DNA of 64,000 bases from Desulfobacterales bacterium (GTDB lineage: Bacteria; Desulfobacterota; Desulfobacteria; Desulfobacterales; UBA2245): assembly GCA_040771865.1 (NCBI GenBank), contig JAXGZF010000003.1:434001-498000 (forward strand), read 5' to 3'. The first letter of the stretch is position 1. Each line of letters starts with the position of its first letter. The translations under genes were made by a program, and so were the position numbers. Shown in pieces: positions 41,044-48,788 of this stretch. The notes under the pieces are model-generated. The model was not told the DNA's origin. It saw only the letters and a program-made list of their open reading frames with translations, and searched no databases.

Positions 41044-41512
41044 GGCCGGAGAAATCAAGGCGTCTTGTTGTCGATGCTATTTTCTCCGGTCTGATCCGTT
41101 CGGCCGGAGAAACCAGGGCGTCTTGTTGTCGATGCTATTTTCTCCCGCCGGATCTGATCGGCCAGAGAAATCAAGGCGTCTTGTTGTCGATGCTATTTTC
41201 TCCGGCCTGATCCGTTCGGCCAGGGAAATCAAGGCGTCTTGTTGTCGATGCTATTTTCTCCGGCCTGATCCGTTCGGCCAGAGAAATCAAGGCGTCTTGT
41301 TGTCGATGCTATTTTCTCCCGCCGGATCTGATTGGCCAGAGAAATCAAGGCGTCTTGTTGCCGATGCTATTTTCTCCGGTCTGATCCGTTCGGCCGGAGA
41401 AATCAGGGCGTCTTGTTGTCGGCGTTATTTTCTCCCGCCGGATCCGTTCGGCCAGAGAAATCAGGGCGTCTTGTTGTCGGCGTTATTTTCTCCCGCCGGA
41501 TCTGATTGGCCA
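41044..41512. repeat. 58-bp tandem repeat array 2 (8 full units)
   Basis: Units start at 41044, 41102, 41160, 41218, 41276, 41334, 41392, 41450; same unit and orientation as array 1. Confidence 0.97.
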
Positions 41513-41958
41513 ATGAGATTATAAAGCTCGAGCAACTTTTCCCGAATCTCTCCGGCTGCCGGGTATTCATCGGTCCCGAATTCGGCGATAACGCGGTTGA
41601 TTCTGTCCAACCCCTTGCGGCATGTTTCCAGGGCTGCTTCAGCCGATAGAAACGCCCCGTTCCTGATCATCTCGCAGCTGGATTCAGCCACTTTAATGAC
41701 TTCTTCAGGGCGGTTTGAAATCTTATCCAGGAACTCGTTGAGCTTCTTTTCCTGGTGGTCGATATACAGTTCGATAATCTGGTTGAGCCCCCATCTGTAT
41801 TCGGCGCCGTCCGAGTGGGAGCTTCCAAATTTGTTTTCAAGATCCGCGCTTTCCAGCAGAGCCCCGAAGGCACGAATCGCCCAGTTCCCGCCTGTCAGTT
41901 CATCACAAAGCCTGTAAGCCAGCCTGGCCTCAAACCCCTCCACCTTTACATCTTCCAT
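41461..41958 (-). CDS. Hypothetical protein whose C-terminus runs into array 2
   Basis: AAGGAG upstream of MEDVKVEGF; helical protein; start uncertain. Confidence 0.6.
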   Translation of the reverse strand: MEDVKVEGFEARLAYRLCDELTGGNWAIRAFGALLESADLENKFGSSHSDGAEYRWGLNQIIELYIDHQEKKLNEFLDKISNRPEEVIKVAESSCEMIRNGAFLSAEAALETCRKGLDRINRVIAEFGTDEYPAAGEIREKLLELYNLIGQSDPAGENNADNKTP

Positions 41959-42521
41959 TTCCGCTCGAACTCCTTTCATGTGTGGTTTGTTCTTGCAATC
42001 TAACGCAATCATGCTACATCGATTTTGCAGGCGCCGGTTGGGCCGCATACCATTCGCCGGCTGCCGGGCGCTGCGCTCCATGCGGGGGGCGAGAGCTTTT
42101 TTCTTGCGTAACGCCAGCCGGCCGCATGTCTTGCTTGTGTAGTTTGAAATTTGCCTCGAATTGTCATCCGCCGGATGGTTTGAACCCATCCGATCACCCG
42201 ACCATGAAGGCCTTACTTTCTTTACTGAACAGCCAATCGCTCATCGCCCCCAGATTTAACGATCTCCCGTTTGCCAATGCCTGAGTATGGGGGGGAATAC
42301 AATTCCCGTTCGTTTAGACGATGATTTCGGCCATATTTTTCTTGCTTTTTCCGGCAAAACGTCAATATCCCTATGCAGGGATTTGTTGACACGGTTCGGC
42401 CACAGGCTGCCGACGCCTTCCGGTTCGCCGGTTGATGAGCGCTAACGGGAGTGCCGCCCCGTCCGTGATCAACAAGTCCCTTCATATTTATCCACACCTA
42501 CGGCCGCCGGTCCTGTCGAAT

Positions 42522-43100
42522 TTAATCAAAAATGCCGAGCTGTTTGCTCCGCGGGTCCTTTTCGACTGCCTTTTTAACCGCGTCCTGGAAGAAGGGAACG
42601 GGCTCAAGATCTTCGAGCGTTCCTTTGCCGGCAAGGATGCGAGAGGCTTCCGAACCCACAGCCGCCAGGAATTTCCGTTGCTCTTGCATGAAAAGCCTTT
42701 GCACCCGCATCTTTCGCAGTTGATCGCGCGCTGCCGGCCCGGTTCCAAGCCTGCCCTGCCGATACGCCTTAAGCAGCCCGGCAACCCACTTGCGGAATTC
42801 CTTGGCCTTTTGGGACTGGCTGAAGAAGGTAATCAGATAAACGGCCTCTTCGGAAAAGATCCGGACTTCCCGGGGGCCTCCCGGAGTTTCTACGGGCCAG
42901 AGCATGGAAAATTCTTCGAGTTCGTCTTTGTGGCGATGGTAGATTTTTAGAATACCGTTTGCCGGGTCGCCGTCGTCAAACCCCAGCGCCGCCCCGATAT
43001 CTTCCCCGGTTAACCAGAACGTCTCTTCATGGCCCTCAACCTCAATTATCCGCATTCCAATGTCTTCAAAGCTTTTTCTTGCCAAAACCTCAAACTTCAT
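42522..43100 (-). CDS. Bro-N domain (antirepressor-like) protein
   Basis: FWLTGEDIGAALGF, ETPGGPREVRIFSEEAVYLITFFSQSQKAKEFRKWV. Confidence 0.85.
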   Translation of the reverse strand: MKFEVLARKSFEDIGMRIIEVEGHEETFWLTGEDIGAALGFDDGDPANGILKIYHRHKDELEEFSMLWPVETPGGPREVRIFSEEAVYLITFFSQSQKAKEFRKWVAGLLKAYRQGRLGTGPAARDQLRKMRVQRLFMQEQRKFLAAVGSEASRILAGKGTLEDLEPVPFFQDAVKKAVEKDPRSKQLGIFD

Positions 43101-43339
43101 TTGATGCCTCCTTTGTTTCGGTTACGTTCTTTTCGTTTCGTGACAATATTTGCGTTTCACGAAAAATTCATCGGACAGATTGTCCGGTGAATTTTTCAAA
43201 TATGACGTTTTATCGCATTATATGCAAAATAATGTCAAGAACAAAATTCATTTCCGGCGATAATTTGCACGAACAGCAATCTTGGCTTGACAACATGACG
43301 TTCAGAAAAGTAGATTGGTTGAAATTTGGGAGGATAAAA

Positions 43340-43573
43340 ATGCTGATCGTTAATCTTAAGCAACTTATGCTTTTAAAAGGGGCAAGAACAGGGAAGAGGC
43401 TCTACTATCAAGATGTCGCAGAAGCAACTGGTATATCGGTCTCAACTCTTTCGAGAATAGCAAGCAACCCCAAATACAATATCAGCAAAGGCCACATCGA
43501 AAAGCTCTGTGCATACTTCGGCGTTACCCCGGATGAACTCATGACGATCATTCCGGACCCGCCCGAGAAATAA
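43340..43573 (+). CDS. XRE/Cro-C1 HTH repressor
   Basis: QDVAEATGISVSTLSRIA...IEKLCAYFGVTPDEL; GGAGG RBS; upstream TTGACA-18-TAGATT (43287-43316). Confidence 0.85.
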   Translation: MLIVNLKQLMLLKGARTGKRLYYQDVAEATGISVSTLSRIASNPKYNISKGHIEKLCAYFGVTPDELMTIIPDPPEK

Positions 43574-43667
43574 AACCCACCTTGCGGCAATGCTGCATGC
43601 ATTCGCCAAAAAAGAACGGGCCCGGCATTTTCCCATGCTGAGCCATCCTTATGAATCCCCTTGAAAC

Positions 43668-43689
43668 TGGTTGCGTATAGGTTGCGGAT
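43668..43689 (+). repeat. Putative integrase arm-type site, right copy
   Basis: Identical to 29911-29932. Confidence 0.75.
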
Positions 43690-43758
43690 CAGGGCAAAAA
43701 AATGGCATTTTTTGGAAGGCCGGGCCTAACAAAATCAATCAGTTAGGCCCGGAAATCA

Positions 43759-43782
43759 AACGGAGGATTTGACAACATCCAC
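43759..43782 (+). repeat. att core, right copy, followed by the displaced original mpl 3' end
   Basis: Identical to 29842-29865; continues ERLLARL-TAG to 43806. Confidence 0.95.
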
Positions 43783-43806
43783 GAGCGGCTGCTGGCTCGC
43801 CTTTAG

Positions 43807-43949
43807 CAGGCTGTTGAAAAACTGCACCTGAGGCCGCCATTCAGCGTTGCGCGGCTCTCGCCAATGCTCACATATGCTTGAATATGCTGCGCTTGTCGCA
43901 TCGCCGCGCGCCTTGCCTGACGGCCTGATTCTTGTTTTTCAACAGCCTG
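43807..43949. mobile_element. 143-bp MITE with IS5/IS1182-like ends
   Basis: 16-bp perfect TIR CAGGCTGTTGAAAAAC; TTAG duplicated at 43803-43806 and 43950-43953. Confidence 0.8.
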
Positions 43950-43973
43950 TTAGCCTGTGAAGTACACTGGCTT

Positions 43974-44627
43974 CTAGAATCCCAGATCCTCGTTGATCAG
44001 CACCACCCGGACCCGGTTTTTCGGAAAGGATTTTTCCGTAATCGTCCAGGTGTTGCAGATGCGTTCGGCGCCGTTGCAGTTCTGGCAGTCCGCGGTTCGG
44101 GCGCAGGGCGTATTTTTCCCCAGCCGAATTGCGTTAACCGGCGCCGCATAGTGCCGGATGCGCTCCATGGCTTCGTCCAGGTTTCGAACGATCTTGTTTC
44201 TACCGGCCAGCACGATGACATGCCTCGGTCCGAAGGTCAGGCCGCCGATGCGGTTTCCGATCATATCCAGGTTGACCAGCTGGCCTGCTTCGGTGATTGC
44301 GTTGGTTCCGGTAATAAAAAGGTCTGAAAGGAGCGACTGCCTGCGGCGCTCCATCATTTCTTCGGGGGAAAGTGTCTTGTCGTAGGTATCGATCACCTTC
44401 CAGGTACTGCGGCTTTTGAGATCTTCGTAGAGCCCGGTGGCGTTGAACGTCAAGGAACCGCCCCAGGACACGCTTTTTGCCTCAAGTCGGGGCAGAATGG
44501 CTTCCAGAACGATTTTTCGAGCCTCTTCCCTGTTTGATGCCGCAAAGGCTTCAAAGTGATTGAATTCGAGCGCTGTTTTGACCCGGTCCAGCCGGATGCT
44601 CCAGTAGGTTTTGACAGGATCCTGCAT
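43974..44627 (-). CDS. LutC/YkgG (LUD domain) protein
   Basis: VSWGGSLT, TGTNAITEAGQLVNLDMIGNR, GRNKIV, C..C..ERICN. Confidence 0.85.
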   Translation of the reverse strand: MQDPVKTYWSIRLDRVKTALEFNHFEAFAASNREEARKIVLEAILPRLEAKSVSWGGSLTFNATGLYEDLKSRSTWKVIDTYDKTLSPEEMMERRRQSLLSDLFITGTNAITEAGQLVNLDMIGNRIGGLTFGPRHVIVLAGRNKIVRNLDEAMERIRHYAAPVNAIRLGKNTPCARTADCQNCNGAERICNTWTITEKSFPKNRVRVVLINEDLGF

Positions 44628-44722
44628 GGATTTTCTCCTTTTTTTCTCCACCCTATCCGCGAGGCGCTTTCCTGTCAAGAATCCGAAAGTCAAATTCGTA
44701 TTGACAGCGGGCGCTTTCTTGG

Positions 44723-44750
44723 GTTAACTGTGTTTTTCTTAAAGGTTAAC
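44723..44750. promoter_or_regulatory. Putative BirA operator
   Basis: GTTAAC-N16-GTTAAC directly upstream of birA-bioY, downstream of TTGACA at 44701. Confidence 0.75.
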
Positions 44751-44771
44751 GAAAAGACCGAACCATCGCTT

Positions 44772-45701
44772 ATGAAATCCAGAATCCTTCAGCTGCTTCA
44801 GGAAATTCCGGGGCCGGTTTCCGGCGAAATGCTCAGCAAGGCTCTGGGCGTTTCCCGTGTGTCGATCTGGAAGCATATTCGAAAGCTTCAGGAACTGGGA
44901 TATGCCATTGACTCCACGCCCAGGGGCTACTGTATGAAAGATTCGAGAGACGCCCTGTTTGCCTGGGAATTTCCGGGCTACCCGGTTCATTATTTTCAGG
45001 AGGTGGATTCCACCATGTCCCGCGCCCGGCAGATGGCCCGGGAGGGATGTCCGCACATGACCGTGGTCATCGCCGAGCGCCAGAGCAGGGGAAGGGGCCG
45101 TCTGGCACGCGCCTGGAATTCAGCTGACGGGGGGCTTTATTTCACCGTGGTGCTCCGGCCCCGGATTCCGATCATGCAGAGCTGCCGGGTTAATTTTGCC
45201 GCATCGCTGGCCGTGGCAAAAATCCTTCAGGCGGGTTACGGCATGCCGGCCAGGGTTAAATGGCCGAACGACGTGCTGGTGGCGGAAAAAAAGATCTGCG
45301 GCATTCTATCAGAAATGGAGGCCGAGGCGGACATGGTTTCATTTATCAACGTGGGCATCGGCATCAACGTGAACAACGACCCGACGGTGGAAGAACCCGG
45401 AGCCTGTTCGATTCGGGGGCTGCTGGGACGGGAGGTCTCCCGCCGGGATCTGATGGCCGGATTTCTGGAAGCATTTTCCATTCGGATGGACCGGCTGGCG
45501 TCAGAGGATATCGTCGCCGAGTGGAAACGGCACACCCTGACTCTCGGAAGACAGGTGAGGATCGTGACGGTTCGGGATAAGATTGACGGCAGGGCCGTGG
45601 ATGTGGATGAGACCGGGGCCCTGATTCTGGAGCTTGCCGATGGAACCAGCCGGAAGGTGGTTTACGGCGACTGCTTTCATGATCCGGTTCGGGATTCCTG
45701 A
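44772..45701 (+). CDS. birA: Bifunctional biotin ligase/repressor
   Basis: N-terminal HTH (VSRVSIWKHI), GRGR, KWPND, KICGIL. Confidence 0.95.
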   Translation: MKSRILQLLQEIPGPVSGEMLSKALGVSRVSIWKHIRKLQELGYAIDSTPRGYCMKDSRDALFAWEFPGYPVHYFQEVDSTMSRARQMAREGCPHMTVVIAERQSRGRGRLARAWNSADGGLYFTVVLRPRIPIMQSCRVNFAASLAVAKILQAGYGMPARVKWPNDVLVAEKKICGILSEMEAEADMVSFINVGIGINVNNDPTVEEPGACSIRGLLGREVSRRDLMAGFLEAFSIRMDRLASEDIVAEWKRHTLTLGRQVRIVTVRDKIDGRAVDVDETGALILELADGTSRKVVYGDCFHDPVRDS

Positions 45702-45746
45702 CATGCAGGCGGTCATCAACATATCACGATCAGGGAGGGGGTTGCG

Positions 45747-46286
45747 ATGAACCCGTCCGACCAGCTTCGGATGACTGTATATGCCTCTCTGATGGCCGCC
45801 CTGACGGCGGCCGGGGCCTTTATCGCCATTCCCATCGGTCCGGTGCCCATCGTGCTTCAGAATATGTTTGTCCTGCTTTCCGGTCTGATCCTGGGAAGCC
45901 GCTGGGGGCTTGCCGCCCTGAGCGCCTATCTTCTGGCCGGGGCTCTGGGGCTTCCGGTATTTGCCGGCGGCGCTGGCGGCATCGGACGTCTGGCCGGTCC
46001 GACCGGGGGTTATCTGATCGGTTATCTGCCGGCGGTGTTCGTGGTGGGGCTGGTCAGTGAAAAAACGCAAAACCGTGCCGTGTTCGACATTCTGGCCATG
46101 CTCTGCGGCGAGGTGATCATTTATGCCTGCGGCGTGAGCTGGCTGAAATACCAGTCCGCGATGACCTGGGAGAAGTCGATGGCAGTCGGCATGCTTCCCT
46201 TTCTGCCCGGAGACGCGCTCAAGATCGCTGCGACGGTTCCCATTGCAAAGGCGGTCCGGCCCTCTGTCCGGCGGATACGGGAGTGA
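45747..46286 (+). CDS. bioY: Biotin ECF transporter S component
   Basis: PVPIVLQ, GLPVFAGG, GPTGGYLIGY, PFLPGDALK. Confidence 0.95.
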   Translation: MNPSDQLRMTVYASLMAALTAAGAFIAIPIGPVPIVLQNMFVLLSGLILGSRWGLAALSAYLLAGALGLPVFAGGAGGIGRLAGPTGGYLIGYLPAVFVVGLVSEKTQNRAVFDILAMLCGEVIIYACGVSWLKYQSAMTWEKSMAVGMLPFLPGDALKIAATVPIAKAVRPSVRRIRE

Positions 46287-46293
46287 AACAGTG

Positions 46294-47043
46294 ATGAACG
46301 CAATTGAGATCGAAGATCTGACGCACCGGTTTTCCGACGGAACCCTGGGGCTGGACAGGGTCAACCTGACCGTGGCCAAGGGAGAGTTTTTGGTTGTCGT
46401 CGGAAGCAACGGTTCGGGAAAGACCACTTTGCTGCGGCATTTGAACGGTCTTCTGATGCCGGAGTCAGGCACGGTGAAAATATTTGGAACTCCGGTTTCC
46501 CAAAATCCGGTCCGGGCCCGGCAGCTGGTGGGCATGGTGTTTCAGGATGCCGATACTCAGATCGTGGGCGATACTGTCTATGACGACGTGGCCTTCGGTC
46601 CTGAAAATCTTAAACTGGACCGCAAAGAGGTTCAAAGGCGGGTGACATTCGCCCTGGAGGCGGGCGGGCTGACCCATCTTTTCGACCAGAGGCCCCATGT
46701 GCTGTCCGGAGGCGAGAAACGCAGGCTGGCCATCGCCGGCATACTGGCCATGGAATCGAAAATTCTGGTGTTTGACGAGCCCTTTTCGAACCTGGATTAT
46801 CCGGGCGTCAAGCAGGTGATGGAACAGATCCTGGCTTTGCATCGAAGCGGCCATACCATTATTTTGACCACGCACGATCTGGACAGGGTGATCGCCCACG
46901 CCGACCGTCTGGTCATCATGGAAAAGGCAAGGGTGGCCAGGATCGGACCGGTTCATGAGCTGATTTCCGAACTCGAGGCCTTCGGGGTCCGGACCCCGTG
47001 CCGATGCACCATGGAGGCGCAGGGAGCATCATGCCCGAGCTGA
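46294..47043 (+). CDS. ECF transporter ATPase (BioM/EcfA)
   Basis: GSNGSGKTT, VFQDAD, LSGGEKRR, DEP. Confidence 0.92.
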   Translation: MNAIEIEDLTHRFSDGTLGLDRVNLTVAKGEFLVVVGSNGSGKTTLLRHLNGLLMPESGTVKIFGTPVSQNPVRARQLVGMVFQDADTQIVGDTVYDDVAFGPENLKLDRKEVQRRVTFALEAGGLTHLFDQRPHVLSGGEKRRLAIAGILAMESKILVFDEPFSNLDYPGVKQVMEQILALHRSGHTIILTTHDLDRVIAHADRLVIMEKARVARIGPVHELISELEAFGVRTPCRCTMEAQGASCPS

Positions 47044-47786
47044 GCGTGCTGCATTACCGATCCGGATCATCCTATTTCCATCGAATGGACGTCCGGTTCA
47101 AGCTCCTGGGCCTGGCGCTTTTAAGCATGGCGGGACTTCAGGCGGGGCCGGTGGGACTGGGGGCGCTGAGCGTCCTAGTTCTGGCGGTTTTGTTCATCAC
47201 GCGTCTGCCCGTTTGGGATTTGGCCAGAGAACTTCGTTATCTTGCGGTTCTGCTGGCCTTTGTATGGGCGGCCCGGGCTTTGAGCATGCCCGGAGACGCG
47301 GTTCTGGAGCTCGCCGGGCTTCAGTTCAGCCGCCAGGGACTGTATGAGGGCGGTTTGATCTGCTGGCGGCTTGTAATGATCGCCTGCCTGGGCGCCGGTC
47401 TGGTTTTTGTCACGCGTTCTTCAGAAATACGCTGGGCCGTGGAATGGTTTCTGAAACCCGTTCCGCTGATACCTTCAAGAAGGATTTCCGTAATGATCGG
47501 CCTGATCATCCGCTTTCTTCCGATGATTCTGGATCAGGCCAGAGCCACCGCCGAGGCCCAGAAGGCCAGGGGAATGGAAAACCGGAAAAATCCGGTTTTC
47601 CGGCTGATCAAATTTGCCGTTCCCCTGCTGCGACGCACCTTTGAAAACGCCGACCGTCTTGCCGTTGCCATGGATGCGCGGTGCTTCAATGAAGAACGAA
47701 CCGAACCCGAGCTGGTTTCACGACCGGCGGACTGGGCGGCTTTAAGCGTTGTGCTTTGCATCTGCGGGGTTGCCATCGGTTTTTGA
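47031..47786 (+). CDS. ECF transporter T component (BioN/EcfT)
   Basis: RFLP, AQKARG, AMDARC. Confidence 0.9.
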   Translation: MPELSVLHYRSGSSYFHRMDVRFKLLGLALLSMAGLQAGPVGLGALSVLVLAVLFITRLPVWDLARELRYLAVLLAFVWAARALSMPGDAVLELAGLQFSRQGLYEGGLICWRLVMIACLGAGLVFVTRSSEIRWAVEWFLKPVPLIPSRRISVMIGLIIRFLPMILDQARATAEAQKARGMENRKNPVFRLIKFAVPLLRRTFENADRLAVAMDARCFNEERTEPELVSRPADWAALSVVLCICGVAIGF

Positions 47787-47880
47787 CCCTTTTTGATAGA
47801 GGGATAAAAACTTTTTTTCATGCCGATTTTTTGTTGACATTGGCTGGATATATCGTTAAAAGCTACACGCAACGCAGCAA

Positions 47881-47953
47881 GGGCCGTTAACTCAGTCGGT
47901 AGAGTATCTGCCTTTTAAGCAGAGAGTCGCGCGTTCGAGTCGCGCACGGCCCA
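47881..47953 (+). tRNA. tRNA-Lys(TTT), CCA not encoded (followed by TCA)
   Basis: Cloverleaf; anticodon arm TCTGC-CT-TTT-AA-GCAGA. Confidence 0.93.
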
Positions 47954-47976
47954 TCAGCCGATGCTCTAAACCTTGC

Positions 47977-48054
47977 GTCCCTATCGTCTAGCCCGGTCCA
48001 GGACACCGGCCTTTCACGCCGGCAACAGGGGTTCGAATCCCCTTGGGGACGCCA
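47977..48054 (+). tRNA. tRNA-Glu(TTC)
   Basis: Cloverleaf; anticodon arm CCGGC-CT-TTC-AC-GCCGG; CCA end. Confidence 0.95.
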
Positions 48055-48065
48055 CAAGTAAAATC

Positions 48066-48098
48066 AAGCGCTTAGATGAGAGATCTAAGCGCTTTTTT
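48066..48098 (+). terminator. Intrinsic terminator after the tRNA pair
   Basis: AAGCGCTTAGAT-gagag-ATCTAAGCGCTT followed by a T run. Confidence 0.8.
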
Positions 48099-48393
48099 GT
48101 TCCCCAAAATGCCTTACTCCACTATCTTGAGCATTCCCGGCCTTCCTGGAACCCGGCAGAAAGATCGCGCCGGCGGTAAAAACCACGGCAAAGGCCGCAA
48201 CTCCGGGAATGATGAACAGAAGCAGGCCGATGCCGTCCAGAATGGCGACCTGAATATCGACCTTTACGGCTTTCTGTCCTCTTTTTGCCGGGTAAATCAG
48301 GGTGCCGCAGCCGACGGTCTGGAAAAGAAAAAACCCGCAAACGATTAACGCAATCCGTTTCATTCCGATCAATTTTGGGGTTCCACGTTTCAT
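48085..48393 (-). CDS. Small membrane/lipoprotein-like hypothetical protein
   Basis: GAGGAGG RBS; lipobox-like TVGC then GTLIYP; hydrophobic LLLFIIPGVAAFAV. Confidence 0.6.
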   Translation of the reverse strand: MKRGTPKLIGMKRIALIVCGFFLFQTVGCGTLIYPAKRGQKAVKVDIQVAILDGIGLLLFIIPGVAAFAVVFTAGAIFLPGSRKAGNAQDSGVRHFGEQKSA

Positions 48394-48788
48394 ATGATCC
48401 TCCTCTTGGAATGACATTACGGCGTTTAATCGCCGGTTAATTTTTTTCTCGCCATCGGTATTTACGGGTTTCAGGCAAGAAAAAATTCGGACTTTACCAA
48501 AGCGGCGGAATCGTATTTTCAAGTATTTGTTATTAAAGGAAAAATAAGTTTAGAGCCGGGTTGTAAAAAAAATTTATCAGGCGCAAGATTTTGCTTGCAT
48601 TTTCATTGGAAAGTATTACATATCGCAAAAAGAACGGCACAAAACAGGCGGTGATTTATGATTTATTTTTTTTGTAGATTCAACTGGTTAAAAACTTGTT
48701 CGAACGTCGGTTTTTTTGCGGAGCGCCGAAGCCTTTCCGGTTTCCGGTAGCTGAACATTCAACATTTAGAAAAAGGTAAAAAAATTCT

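Larger units (their letters stand above)
29842..43782. mobile_element. Integrative element (satellite/PICI-like or IME), ~13.9 kb, integrated in the mpl 3' end
   Basis: 24-bp direct repeat at both ends; integrase at left end; primase-helicase, iterons, Bro/XRE regulators; looks more AT-rich than flanks. Confidence 0.93.

Noticed and set aside
41044..41512. CRISPR or TIGR-type guide array
   Set aside because: No unique spacers; variation is limited to a few recurring alleles, and no cas or Nop-domain gene is recognisable nearby.
40922..41524. 200-aa repetitive ORF on the + strand (and similar ORFs at 31864 and 32037)
   Set aside because: By-product of a 58-bp non-triplet repeat cycling through frames; no convincing RBS.
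29842..43782. Complete prophage
   Set aside because: No recognisable capsid, terminase, tail or lysis genes within the att-bounded 13.9 kb.
47881..48100. tRNA-anchored genomic island downstream of tRNA-Glu
   Set aside because: No integrase or duplicated tRNA 3' end seen in the window.
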